Of a stretch of 64,000 nt of DNA, positions 29,247 through 40,100 are shown in pieces. The translations under genes and the position numbers were made by a program. The DNA lies in the NCBI GenBank assembly GCA_001771135.1, contig MESW01000009.1, positions 23,436 through 87,435 of the forward strand, written 5' to 3'. Each line of letters opens with the position of its first letter. Positions within the stretch are counted from its first letter, which is position 1. The notes beneath the pieces are model-generated. The model did no database searches. It saw only the letters and a program-made list of their open reading frames with translations, and was not told where the DNA came from. The DNA comes from a candidate division CPR3 bacterium GWF2_35_18. GTDB taxonomy: Bacteria; Patescibacteriota; CPR3; GWF2-35-18.

Positions 29247-29933
29247 TTAACTTCTAACTTCAAAATCTAAAAGATTCTCAAACAATTTAATCACTCTTTT
29301 TTCAGCAAAAATCCACCGTCCTTTTTGTTTATCCGAAGCTTGAATCGTACACCAACTTACTAAATAAGGGTTACTCACTGAAACAATTTCAAAACCGGCA
29401 TAGTTTTTATTACTTGTAAGAGGTAAACTATCTCCCATTTTTCTTTTGAGAATTTTTTCCGAGATAATTTTTTCTTCTCCTCTTTCCCATAACTTTTTTT
29501 CACCATAAGTTTTCCACCAATTAACAACAAGAACTACAACAATACGATCGAGGTCTTTTTTATTAATTAACCAATCTCTTTTCCCTGTCATATTTTTACC
29601 CATTGTTTCACAAATAGATTTAAAATTTGGTTGAGATGAATTCCAAACCGCATTACAAACCTTGTCCAAAAAATCAACATATCCATTTACTTTTGTTAAA
29701 TCTCGAGAATATTTTGTCCCAAAGTACAAATCATAACCATCAATTGTTTTAAAAAAAGCTTCAATACTGACCATTTTGGTGTTTTTTTGCCCTACGAATG
29801 CTTCAATCTCAGCGATACTTGGTCTCTCTTTTCGAGGGTTCGGTTTCCAAGATTCTTCATAAATCCCGTTTCGAGCCATATGAATGTAAAACGGCCGACC
29901 CGATTTAACAATAGTATTCACTTTATCTATCAT
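29247..29933 (-). CDS. Hypothetical protein, translationally coupled to the Ldh_2 gene
   Basis: ATG 29933 overlaps the upstream TGA (ATGA); no recognised motif. Confidence 0.7.
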   Translation of the reverse strand: MIDKVNTIVKSGRPFYIHMARNGIYEESWKPNPRKERPSIAEIEAFVGQKNTKMVSIEAFFKTIDGYDLYFGTKYSRDLTKVNGYVDFLDKVCNAVWNSSQPNFKSICETMGKNMTGKRDWLINKKDLDRIVVVLVVNWWKTYGEKKLWERGEEKIISEKILKRKMGDSLPLTSNKNYAGFEIVSVSNPYLVSWCTIQASDKQKGRWIFAEKRVIKLFENLLDFEVRS

Positions 29934-30958
29934 TTTTGACTCTCCCAATTTTTCAGTTTTTCATAAATTCCTAAATCTAACTCTAAAACTCCTTCAGCGC
30001 GCAATTTTTTGGCACGAAAGTGCGCATGATCCCCCGGAACAATAACCTGTGTAACATGATCTCCATGTTTTTGACTACGAATATCTTTACACATTTTAGA
30101 CACGGAAGATTTGAATTTATCTAAATCCGTTAAACCTGATATATCAATCGCAATTAATAAACCACCATATTCATGTTTCGTATACTTGGCGCTTTTTTCT
30201 AATCCCATAAAACTGCGTACTAAAGCTCCTGTCAAAATCTCTATCAAAAGAACAATATTATAACCTTTATATCCTCCACCCATAGGAAGAATTCTAGCGT
30301 TTTCTTTATCTTTAGATATCGCAATAACAGGATCGCAGGTTAAATTTCCATTTTGATCGACTAAAACACCCTCTCTCATTCTATGTTTATCCTTCAAAGC
30401 TCGACTATACTTATAAAAAGCTGATTCCGAAGTTGCCATATCAACGAGAATAGGATCATCCTCTGTTGGAATAGCATAAGATAATGGATTAGTTCCAAAA
30501 ATTGGCTCACTCCCACCATAAGGAACAGTCCCTAAACCACCATTAAATACGTACATTGCGATTAAATTACGTTTCGCCAAACCATAAGTCCAAAGTTTTA
30601 ACCAATCAGTCACATTAGAATTATTGAGTCCAAACATCGCAATACCATTCAATTTAGCTTTTTCCTCAATTTTGTCATGCACCCACTTTAATTTAAGTGA
30701 AGGTCCCAAACGATTAAAATCGACTAGAAAAGTTCCTGATTTATCAACTTGTATCTCGATCTTTGAAGCTTTTAACTTTTCCCAAGACTCCAGATCTTCA
30801 ACCGCAGAATTAATTGGATTGACGTCCGGATACATAAAAAGGGTACATTCTATTTGAGCTTTTGCAAAGTACTGTGCTTCTTCTAAAGATACAAATTTAG
30901 CAGCAGCTTTACTAAGTAATTTCTCAATTTCAATTAAACTAACTTTTTGACTAGACAT
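29930..30958 (-). CDS. Ldh_2-family (AllD/YiaK/ComC-like) NAD(P)-dependent oxidoreductase, divergent
   Basis: PYGG..FGTNPLSYAIP, DMATS, LPMGGGYKGY, VPG motifs. Confidence 0.85.
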   Translation of the reverse strand: MSSQKVSLIEIEKLLSKAAAKFVSLEEAQYFAKAQIECTLFMYPDVNPINSAVEDLESWEKLKASKIEIQVDKSGTFLVDFNRLGPSLKLKWVHDKIEEKAKLNGIAMFGLNNSNVTDWLKLWTYGLAKRNLIAMYVFNGGLGTVPYGGSEPIFGTNPLSYAIPTEDDPILVDMATSESAFYKYSRALKDKHRMREGVLVDQNGNLTCDPVIAISKDKENARILPMGGGYKGYNIVLLIEILTGALVRSFMGLEKSAKYTKHEYGGLLIAIDISGLTDLDKFKSSVSKMCKDIRSQKHGDHVTQVIVPGDHAHFRAKKLRAEGVLELDLGIYEKLKNWESQK

Positions 30959-30974
30959 GATAAAACTCCTTTAA

Positions 30975-31676
30975 CTAACTGTACTTAAGATAAATTATAT
31001 AATATTGTGCTGTTTTTATCTCCTGCAGATTTTCACCGCCTAAAAGTTCTTGCAATTTTTTTATTTCTTCATCTGTCCACCACTTCGAGGTATAACCGGT
31101 TTTACTTTCAAACCAGCCTTTGTCAAAATTACACTTGCTTAAATCCGGCTCGCCATTCATCGTTGATCCGTGATAATAGGTCATTAAACCCCAATCTCTT
31201 AGAGCTTGTTGTCTATATAAAGATAAAATAATCTCCCCTTGATACTTTTTTCCTACTTTTTTCATTCCTTGTAAAACCTTTTGCCAGTCTCCTTCAATTG
31301 TTCCTAAAGTATTTTGAAGGCATAACAAAAGTGGTTTATGTACTACAATATTTCGTGCCTTTAACAATTTTGACAAATATGTCACATCTTCTTTTAAGAC
31401 TGTAACATTAGGATAGACATTCGCTCTTTTCTCTAATTCTTTAAACATTTCAGGATTAACATCAATTCCTACTATCTGCTTAACTAAAGGAGAAACCGTT
31501 TTTAAGATTCTTCCATAACCTGCTCCTAAATCAATAATTGTTTTCTTTTCCAAATTTTTAATTTCACGAATAAGCTTAAACTCATCTTTCTCGTGAGATT
31601 TAATAACCGGATCATCCCAATCTTCAAATAATTTATAATATTGTTTTGCGTTAAAGTTTCTCATTATATTGTTCAT
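30975..31676 (-). CDS. Class I SAM-dependent methyltransferase
   Basis: IIDLGAGYGR, GID; start at 31676 or 31664. Confidence 0.85.
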   Translation of the reverse strand: MNNIMRNFNAKQYYKLFEDWDDPVIKSHEKDEFKLIREIKNLEKKTIIDLGAGYGRILKTVSPLVKQIVGIDVNPEMFKELEKRANVYPNVTVLKEDVTYLSKLLKARNIVVHKPLLLCLQNTLGTIEGDWQKVLQGMKKVGKKYQGEIILSLYRQQALRDWGLMTYYHGSTMNGEPDLSKCNFDKGWFESKTGYTSKWWTDEEIKKLQELLGGENLQEIKTAQYYIIYLKYS

Positions 31677-31758
31677 ATTTAACAACAACCTAATTTCGCG
31701 TACTTTACAATAAAACATTATTCCTGTAAAATTGTTGTTCATAATGATGAACAACAAT
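31667..31758. promoter_or_regulatory. Paired palindromic operator sites over two divergent start codons
   Basis: Perfect ATTGTTGTTCAT-N4-ATGAACAACAAT (31731-31758); degenerate TATTGTTCAT-N4-AACAACAACC (31667-31690). Confidence 0.6.
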
Positions 31759-32517
31759 ACAATCATTGAACTGCTTAAAAATTTCGACTTAAATTCCAAA
31801 GAGGGAGAAATTTATTTGACTCTTCTTCAAAAGGGAATTCTTTCACCGCTACAACTCTCGCGGGCAACCCTGTTGAATCGAACTACCATCTATCGAATCT
31901 TAGAAAAACTCAAAAAAATCGGTCTTGTAGAGGAAGTTCTGGACGAAAAAAGAACCAAAGCCAAAGCAATCTCTCCCGATAATTTTGAGATGATTGTTAA
32001 ACAAAAAGAATCCGAAATTGATAAACTCAAACAAACACTTCCCGAATTAAAAGCACAACTAACAGCTATTCAAGGTTTGGCTTCTCCGGAAACTAAAGTG
32101 CTTTATTACCGCGGTCAAGATGGACTCAAACAACTGCTTTGGAACACCTTAAATGCTGAAAATGAAATTATCGGATATGGTTATATGAACTGGAATGACG
32201 TAGTTGGAAAAGAATTTGCGGAAAAGCTACGTCAAGAAGTAGTTTTAAGAAAAAGATATTCTCGAGAGATTCAAAACAGTAATTCGATAGACCCATTAAA
32301 AACATATACCTCTGTTCCCAGTTATGACAAATACTATTCCGGAAAAAAGATTCCAAAAGAAAAAATAGCAATTAAACATGACACCTATATTTACAATAAT
32401 GTATTTGCTTTTTCACATTTTATCAAGGAAGAATTTTTTGGAATTGAAATCTATAATGCAGAAATAGTTCTAACCCAACGTCAGATTTTTGAAATACTTT
32501 GGGCAATCGCTGTTTAG
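31744..32517 (+). CDS. TrmB-family transcriptional regulator
   Basis: LNSKEGEIYL...LSRATLLNRTTIYRILEKLKKIGLV; YYRGQDGLKQ; FEILW terminus. Confidence 0.9.
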   Translation: MMNNNTIIELLKNFDLNSKEGEIYLTLLQKGILSPLQLSRATLLNRTTIYRILEKLKKIGLVEEVLDEKRTKAKAISPDNFEMIVKQKESEIDKLKQTLPELKAQLTAIQGLASPETKVLYYRGQDGLKQLLWNTLNAENEIIGYGYMNWNDVVGKEFAEKLRQEVVLRKRYSREIQNSNSIDPLKTYTSVPSYDKYYSGKKIPKEKIAIKHDTYIYNNVFAFSHFIKEEFFGIEIYNAEIVLTQRQIFEILWAIAV

Positions 32518-32558
32518 AAGTATCAATAAAACATTGCTTTGTCACTACAAATTTAATG

Positions 32559-33410
32559 TTAAATAAGAAGTATTGCTCCAATAATTACGACGACCGCTCC
32601 CAAACCTTTTTGCCACAAATAATCTTTCTCTTTAAGAAAAATGTATCCCAAAATAACAGTTAGAATAATTGATAATTGCGATATCGGAGAGATTTGAATT
32701 ACCGTTCCTCCGGATTGATAAGCCCAAAATACAGTTAACGCGGCAATTGCCCAAAATAAACTAGTAACAAACATTTTGATAAAGCGTTTTTTATCTAAAA
32801 ACAGTCTCAAGTTTTTGAATGCTTTAGGTTGAAGTAACAGAAGAAAAACAGATGGCAGCGCAAAAGATATAGCTAAATAAGAAGGCACATTAGCAAAGTG
32901 GTTAATTAAAAAAGCATCATTGGTAAAAGCTGTGCCAAAGAAAAAAGAAGCTAAAATCGCAAATAAATGACCTTTACTTAGTTTCCATGATTTTGAACGC
33001 CAAGAAACAATAATAACTCCCAATACTATAAAAATTATTCCTACAATTTTTTGAAAATTCAAGGCTTCTTGGAGAAAGATAGCCGCAGCCACAACTGACC
33101 ATAATGTCCGGGAAGCAAATAAAACGCTCACTTCCGAAGCTTCCGCAGTCTGATAAGCTCTAAATAGACAAAAGTTAAATAAAGCGTAAAAAACCGTCAT
33201 CAAAATCAGATTTGGGATTAACGGAATCAAATTCGGGATAGAAAATCCAACAAATAAAGAATAAATGAAAATAATTAAGGCCGTAAGCATTTGGAAGAAA
33301 AACCCATAGGCAATTGGATCGCTCTGTTCTTCTCTAAGAAGTATTTTCTGGAGAATTCCGGCAATAGAAAAAGTAACCGTACTAATTAAAACAAGTATTA
33401 ACCAAGTCAT
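32559..33410 (-). CDS. EamA/DMT-family transporter
   Basis: About 10 TMs; EASEVS...FLQE and ISPI...FLKE repeats. Confidence 0.88.
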   Translation of the reverse strand: MTWLILVLISTVTFSIAGILQKILLREEQSDPIAYGFFFQMLTALIIFIYSLFVGFSIPNLIPLIPNLILMTVFYALFNFCLFRAYQTAEASEVSVLFASRTLWSVVAAAIFLQEALNFQKIVGIIFIVLGVIIVSWRSKSWKLSKGHLFAILASFFFGTAFTNDAFLINHFANVPSYLAISFALPSVFLLLLQPKAFKNLRLFLDKKRFIKMFVTSLFWAIAALTVFWAYQSGGTVIQISPISQLSIILTVILGYIFLKEKDYLWQKGLGAVVVIIGAILLI

Positions 33411-33445
33411 GGTAGATAAATATTAAAACAACGCTGTCTGTGAAA

Positions 33446-34552
33446 TCACTCAGTAACAATTTCCATACTACCGGTTCCAATATCAACATCAAATTCAACT
33501 TTATAAGTAGAGCTATCAAACTTATCCGAAATATAGTTACCATCACCTTTGATTTCCGTATCATTTAACTCAATTTTCCCTGTTCCAATTTCGTATTTTA
33601 ACTTCAATTCTGTATTTTTTGGTAAGGTAATTTTGGCCGAACCAGTCCCAATCTTAATTGTGATTTTAGAAGATGGCAAAGCATATTGCCCCAAATTAAA
33701 ACTAATTGAACCAGTACCAACTTCTGCGTTTAAGGTATTTAAATTCATCTTATCAAAATTGACAGTTCCCTTTCCCGTACCAAGATCAATATTAATATCG
33801 GTAGGAATCCCAGTTTGCCCCATACTAAAATCGTATTTTACCTTGTTGCTATCAAATATGCGTCCGAAGAAAAAGACCCCTGATTCCGTGGAAAAATCTA
33901 ATGAAAGAACTCCATCTTTGAATCTTTTCTCCAAACTTGGTTTTCCAAAATCATCATAATAACTAGACGTAATGTCCAAATAATTATAGGTGTCATCGTC
34001 CGTAATACTAAACTCCGAGACTCCTATATCTACGGTTAATTCTCGACTAAGCACTCCTTCGTAAGCATCTTTAGCAACAGTGATTTGATCCTGTTTTAAT
34101 TCCTGTTCGGAAAGGTTAAAAACACTATTTTCCGGCCACCAAGAAAATCGATTATGCATGTAATTTTCTAACTGACTATTTACCGATGATAAAGATAAAC
34201 AAACAATAATCGTAATTGTTGCCAAACCTAAAATCGCTACAAGCCATTTTGCAATAAAAGATTTTCCCAAGACTATCTGTAATCCGCCTAAAATCAGAAA
34301 TACCGGCCAGAATCTCCACAATGTTCCCCAAACAGACCAAGGTAATATATTAAAGTTATTCAAAAGAAAAATTACGCCCAAACCGATTAAGATAAAAGCC
34401 CCAAAAGGATTGCTTCCATGATCTTCTTTAATATAATGGATCTCTTTCACAAACTGTTTGTCTTCTTTTTGTTTATCATTTTGTTTACTTTCTTTAACTT
34501 CTTCTTTTTCTTCAGGTTGAATTTTTTCCTCTGTTTGTTTTTTATTTACCAT
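33446..34552 (-). CDS. LiaF/DUF5668-like membrane protein with C-terminal beta-solenoid domain
   Basis: LIGLGVIFLLNN..W...WRFWPVFLI motif; repeated IGTG/VGTG strands; ATG 34552 overlaps the pspC stop (TAATG). Confidence 0.75.
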   Translation of the reverse strand: MVNKKQTEEKIQPEEKEEVKESKQNDKQKEDKQFVKEIHYIKEDHGSNPFGAFILIGLGVIFLLNNFNILPWSVWGTLWRFWPVFLILGGLQIVLGKSFIAKWLVAILGLATITIIVCLSLSSVNSQLENYMHNRFSWWPENSVFNLSEQELKQDQITVAKDAYEGVLSRELTVDIGVSEFSITDDDTYNYLDITSSYYDDFGKPSLEKRFKDGVLSLDFSTESGVFFFGRIFDSNKVKYDFSMGQTGIPTDINIDLGTGKGTVNFDKMNLNTLNAEVGTGSISFNLGQYALPSSKITIKIGTGSAKITLPKNTELKLKYEIGTGKIELNDTEIKGDGNYISDKFDSSTYKVEFDVDIGTGSMEIVTE

Positions 34553-35055
34553 TAGTTTCTCCTCCCTAGAATTAAAAATCCTAGAATTATTAAACCTAGA
34601 GGCCATAAATGCCAAACATTAATATGGAGAACTCGGAAAAAACCAAAATTATCAAATAGAAAAAGTAGTCCTATTACGATTACGATAATTCCCCACCAAA
34701 TGCGTGATTCATCTTTTTTGGCTGACTTTTCAACGTTTTTGGCGAATTTTTCTGCTTCTCCAGCTATTTCTTCTACGTTTTTTTCAATTATTTTTTCAAC
34801 ATCGCTATTACTTGCTGTCTCGGAGGGTAAAATCACCCAAAGGATTATATAGACTAGAACCCCCGCTCCACCCGCTAGGACAATCAGAGCAAATATTAAT
34901 CTCACAATACTAGAATCAATATTGAAGTATTCAGCAATTCCACCACAAACACCCCCAATCATCTTATCTTTTTCTGACCGGCAAAGCCTTTTTGAGCTTA
35001 CAGTCTCTTTATTATTATTCACATTTTCTTGTGACTCTTTTGTATTTTCCTTCAT
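34552..35055 (-). CDS. PspC-domain envelope-stress protein
   Basis: KRLCRSEKDKMIGGVCGGIAEYFNID..VRL...YIILWVILP; C-terminal WP membrane hairpin. Confidence 0.9.
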   Translation of the reverse strand: MKENTKESQENVNNNKETVSSKRLCRSEKDKMIGGVCGGIAEYFNIDSSIVRLIFALIVLAGGAGVLVYIILWVILPSETASNSDVEKIIEKNVEEIAGEAEKFAKNVEKSAKKDESRIWWGIIVIVIGLLFLFDNFGFFRVLHINVWHLWPLGLIILGFLILGRRN

Positions 35056-35104
35056 AGTATTTATCCTCCTAAAAAGTTATTATATATATTTATAATCAAA
35101 TTAT

Positions 35105-36325
35105 CTACTCGTATCTCAAAGCATCAAGAGGTTTCAGCTTATGTGCTCTAATAGCTGGATAAAAACCGGTAATTAATCCAATGAATAAACCGATCAAGAT
35201 AATATAAAAAACAATGTATGGAGGAGTGTAATAAAAAGAAACAGGAGAAACTCCTCTTCCCAAAGCAATTATTTGAAAAGATTTTTCTAAAATAAATCCC
35301 AAAACGAAACTCAAAATAATTCCTAAAATTGAACCTAATAAACTTATTGTAATAGATTCAATGAAAAATAAAATAAAAACTGAACTATTTCTTGTTCCCA
35401 AAGCTTTCATGATCCCAATTTCTCTCATCCGGTCTAAAAGAGATATTGTCAACGTATTAAACATACCTAATATGGCAATTGTAACTCCCACAAAACCGAT
35501 AACCATTAAAATAATTCTAAAGGTCGTAAAAACGGTCTGAATCTGTTCTAAAGTATCAAAAGCAGAAGAAGTTGTATACCCCATAGCTTCAATCTTGGCG
35601 CGCACTTCAGTTAATCTTTCCTGATCACTAAGAAGAACTTTAACCTTTGAATAACTGGGATTATTAAGTTCGGGTAAGGAATCAAAAAAAAGATATGCTG
35701 TTGGACTCTCTTTCTGATTTTTTCGATCTGTCACAACGCTTTCAATTGTTAAATCTTTCTTCCTCGTTTGTATTGCCAGACCATCTTCACTTTTTATAAT
35801 ATTTGTAGGAAATATTATTTCAAGTTCAGCTTTCTGACCTATAAAATTATTAACATCCTCATTCTTGGTTCCTAGGATATTTGGAATAATCTCATTTACA
35901 ATTAAATTAGGAGAACTAAGCTCTGCAAAGGATTTCCCGGCAACTAAGCTCTTGTAACTGTATTTTAGATAATTGTTATCCATAACTAATACTGTAATAT
36001 CAAGCACTGAACCACCTAACTTTAATTTACCCACACAATTGATTTGAGGAATGATCGTTTCTACTCCTTCAAGTTGTTTAATTTTATTTACTGAATCACT
36101 ATTAAGAAGTAAAACTGCTGATTGTTCACTGTCTACATCTATACTTCTTAATGCATCTAATCCAACTGTCTGTTCTTGAACCAATCTTTCTAAACCATAA
36201 CCTATTGAAAGAAGAATAATTACAAAAGCCATTCCGATAGCAATAGCAAATATAGTAAAAAAACTACGGCTTTTCCGATTTAAAAGGTTTAAAATAGCAA
36301 TTCGTACTAATTCAAAAAACTTCAT
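35105..36325 (-). CDS. MacB/FtsX-family ABC permease
   Basis: RKSRSFFT, an extracellular domain, NTL..S..DR.REIGIMKALG, YPA.RA.KL.P.DALRYE. Confidence 0.92.
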   Translation of the reverse strand: MKFFELVRIAILNLLNRKSRSFFTIFAIAIGMAFVIILLSIGYGLERLVQEQTVGLDALRSIDVDSEQSAVLLLNSDSVNKIKQLEGVETIIPQINCVGKLKLGGSVLDITVLVMDNNYLKYSYKSLVAGKSFAELSSPNLIVNEIIPNILGTKNEDVNNFIGQKAELEIIFPTNIIKSEDGLAIQTRKKDLTIESVVTDRKNQKESPTAYLFFDSLPELNNPSYSKVKVLLSDQERLTEVRAKIEAMGYTTSSAFDTLEQIQTVFTTFRIILMVIGFVGVTIAILGMFNTLTISLLDRMREIGIMKALGTRNSSVFILFFIESITISLLGSILGIILSFVLGFILEKSFQIIALGRGVSPVSFYYTPPYIVFYIILIGLFIGLITGFYPAIRAHKLKPLDALRYE

Positions 36326-36332
36326 GGTAGAT

Positions 36333-37157
36333 TTAGACTTCTGGCATTAATTGATTTCTCAAAAACTGTTGGATTTCATGAATACTTTCGTGAATTCCTT
36401 TTACTTCACCATCAAGTAGATGTAAAACTCTATTCGCTCGTAATAGAAATGAATAATTATGTGTCACCATCACAATTGTTCTTTTACCTTTTCGATTAAT
36501 CTCGGTAAGCATTTTAATTATCTCTTCTTCAGATTTACTGTCAAGGTTACCGGTAGGCTCATCTAGAAATAGAGTCCAAGGATTTTTTACCAAAGCTCGA
36601 GCCAAACTGACTTTCTGTTGTTGTCCTCCTGAGAGTTCAGTAGGAGCATAATTCCTAAATTTACTCAAACCCATTTCTTCTAAACGACGTAATGCTTGAT
36701 TGATGGCATTCCTTCGGCTCTCTCCTGTCAATATTAAAGGATACGCCACATTATCTAAAACTGATAAACTTCTTATCCAAGTTGGCTGTTGATACACAAC
36801 ACCCAATCTTTTTGCTCGTATATCAGCTCTTTCACTTTCATTTAAAGAATATGTTTTGGTATCACGCAAAATGACTTCTCCAGAATCTGGTTCTTCCAAT
36901 CCCAAAATCACATTAAGTAAAGTTGATTTTCCACAGCCTGAAGGACCAAAAATAATTAAAAAATCCTTACTATAAACTTTGAAAGATATATCTTTTAATA
37001 TTGGTATTTTATTGTTACTAACCTGAAAGGATTTTTCTAAATGATTAACTTTAATAACCACGGTAGAATGATGCTTTTTCTTCACCTTTATTGAATGAAG
37101 TTCTCGTTTCTTTTTCAAGTCCAAATTAGAAGTTAAACTTTTAGTAGTTTTCATCAT
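36333..37157 (-). CDS. LolD/MacB-type ABC ATP-binding protein
   Basis: GPSGCGKST, PTELSGGQQQ, DEPTGNLD, MVTH. Confidence 0.93.
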   Translation of the reverse strand: MMKTTKSLTSNLDLKKKRELHSIKVKKKHHSTVVIKVNHLEKSFQVSNNKIPILKDISFKVYSKDFLIIFGPSGCGKSTLLNVILGLEEPDSGEVILRDTKTYSLNESERADIRAKRLGVVYQQPTWIRSLSVLDNVAYPLILTGESRRNAINQALRRLEEMGLSKFRNYAPTELSGGQQQKVSLARALVKNPWTLFLDEPTGNLDSKSEEEIIKMLTEINRKGKRTIVMVTHNYSFLLRANRVLHLLDGEVKGIHESIHEIQQFLRNQLMPEV

Positions 37158-37174
37158 TTTTAATTTTTATCTCA

Positions 37175-40100
37175 TTATTCTCCAAATAACCATCCAAAAG
37201 AACGACGCAAAGATTCAAGGACTAACTCTAATATATTCTCTGCTGGTTCATCCGTAACTACGATATTATTATCAGAAATCGTTAGATTTCCGGCACCATC
37301 TTCGGAAAGAATCCGAAAATGATAACCCTGAGATGGATTCAAATCCGGAATTATTATAAGGTGAGTTGTAACTAGATTTGAATCTTCTTTAGTCTTTTGA
37401 GAATAAACAGTCTTTGAACCAATACCTTCTCCAATACCTAAATCATATTCTATTTGACTGCTTGCAAGCTCATCTGTTTCCCAACCAATAATAAGTTGCG
37501 CTGTTGCTTTTGATCCTTGTCCGATAATTCTAGTATCTATCGTAATATTTGAAATCATTGGAGGACGACTATCAATCGCAGTTGTAAAAGTAAATAGATT
37601 CGATTCTGTCTGAGATCCAAGAGAATCCCGACCATATACAATAATTTCATATGTAGTATTATCAAAAAGAGAACTGATTATTAGCTCATGATTAGTTTCC
37701 AACTTTGCCGTCGAAACTTCTTCTATTCTAGAATCGTTTCGTTTATTATAACGAATAATTCCAGTAGTAGGCACATTTGTTTGCCAAGTTACTTTAACTG
37801 TTCCCGTAGCTTTATCTTTCTGTTGTTCAAGTTCTACATTAAAAACTTTAGGATAAACCGCGGTTGTAAATAAGTGCTCTTCTCCAATCAAAGTATTTCC
37901 CTCTTCATCAATTCCTGATACTCTTAATTCATAATTACTTGCAGGAATTAATTCATCCAACCTCACTGTGTGAACAGTAATTCCGCCAACAGACATATCT
38001 TCAATAATTCTCTCCTGTCCCCCTTCAGATTTTAAATAAATCAGTGAAGTCGACGGGACCTCAGTTATCCAAGAAACGATGCAAGAACTATATTTAATAT
38101 CTGTTACTTCTAAATCGCGAATCCGAGGTAACTCACCGGTAGTAAAGGTATTATCCTCACTAAAAGAATTTTCCGTTTCATAATCAATTAAGTCAGGATC
38201 ATCTAGACTTTGAATACGATAATGATAGGTAGTTGAAGGCATTAATCCCCTAACTACAATCTCATGTTTTATAACTGGATCCCACTGTCCTTGGGTACGA
38301 GTATAAATTTCATTGGTCCCAATTTGCACAAAACTATTTGAGAGCCGATCAGTTTCCCATGTAATCGTAGCCGTCGTCGAACCAGTATTAACATGAGGAG
38401 CAATAACAATTGTCGGTGGAGTGCTATATTTACCTGTTGGTCTTCGACTCACTATTGTAGAATAAGCACTCTCTTTACCCGCATTATCTTCGGCGGTTAT
38501 CTTATATGAATAAGTAATTTCATTATCTAATCCTGAATCAAGATATCCCAAAGAAATGACCTCTGCAATCTGTTGATAATCTTCTCTCTTATTTTTACGA
38601 TAAATATTATAATGATCGATCTCTCCAAGAGCAGGAGCTATAAAACGAACTGTCAGAGCATAATCATCAAGGTCACGATTACTAGAATCTATGATAGTTA
38701 CATTTGTGGGAATTCCTGGAGCGATTGTATTAGCAGTAAAATCAACAGAAGCATAATTGTCATAGTTGAAATTTCCGGCACTATCAATCGCTAACACATA
38801 GAAAGTATTAGTACCTTGCTGTGTTGCATAAGGACCTTCTGGTAGTTCTGTATCTTCTATTTCACTTATATTATTTTCATTTGGTTCTTGATTAATAGAA
38901 TAATAATATGAACTAATAACAACGCCAATATCACTCGGAGCATTCCAAGAGAAAGAAAAACTGTTCTGATTATTTGAGCTTGGTGTTACCGTTAGATTTG
39001 TCGGAGCTGAAGGAGCGTCAGAAGTCGTAAAACTATCTTCTTCAGAATAAGCTACATTGTTATCTTCATCCTCACAGCGGATACGATAATAATAAAGGGT
39101 GTCACGTTTTAAACCCACAACTGTTACTTCATGAGCAACAGCCTCTTCTCCTTTACCTTGTTCCCAATAAGCATCATTTTGATTCTCACGATATTGCACA
39201 TATCCTTGACATTCGCGTTCCATAGTCCAACTTATAGTAGCAGATAGAATATGTGTTTCAACCGATGGCGAAATAAGTATCTCAGGTGGGGTTGTGTACC
39301 GACCGGTTGGAATATCGGATACGACAGAAGAATATGCACTTTCGGCTTGAGCATTATCTTCAGAGGTAATTCGATAATAATAAGTAACCGTATTACTTAA
39401 AGTGGTATCTAAATAACCAGTGCTTTGAGTAGTTGCTATATTAGAAAAATTAATTCCATCCGTCGAGCGATAAATATTATAATGCTCTATTCCCGACCCT
39501 ATATTAATAGGAGCTTCCCAAGTCAAAGTAAGTTGATATTTTTGAGTCTCACGATTAGAAGAATCTGTAATCTGAACATTCGTTGGGATTCCCGGAGCGC
39601 TAGTTTGAGCTTCAAAAGTTTGAGATCCGTAAGCATCAAAGTTCACATTTCCAATATTATCTTCGGCTACTATATAAAAAGTATTAATGCCTTGCTTTGT
39701 AGCAAGAGGTAAAGGTCCAATTGTTCTCGTTGCCGTTTCACTTATGGTTGTTTCGGTAGAGTTATACGCGTCTGGTTCTTCGTTAACACTGTAGTAATAT
39801 TTTGCGATTGTACCCAAATATGTTGCTGGCTCATTGAAACTCACCGTAAAACAGTTATCCAAAGAACTACAATTAGTATCTTCTATTGTATCAGCTGGAG
39901 TAATAACAATATCCAAAGGAGCAGAGGGAGCAGAAGCATTGTAATAATAGTTCACCTGGGCATAACTAGAATTTAAATTTCCGGCATTGTCTTTTGCTCG
40001 AATGTAAAAAACATTTTCTCCATTTTGATAAGAAGGAATATTGGCAATTGAAGTTACTTCCAAACATTGATCATTATAATATTGACTCTCTGAATCGGCA

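Noticed and set aside
31677-31799. Apparent overlap of the methyltransferase and trmB ORFs
   Set aside because: Artefact of taking the most upstream starts; likely starts (31676/31664 and 31744) do not overlap.
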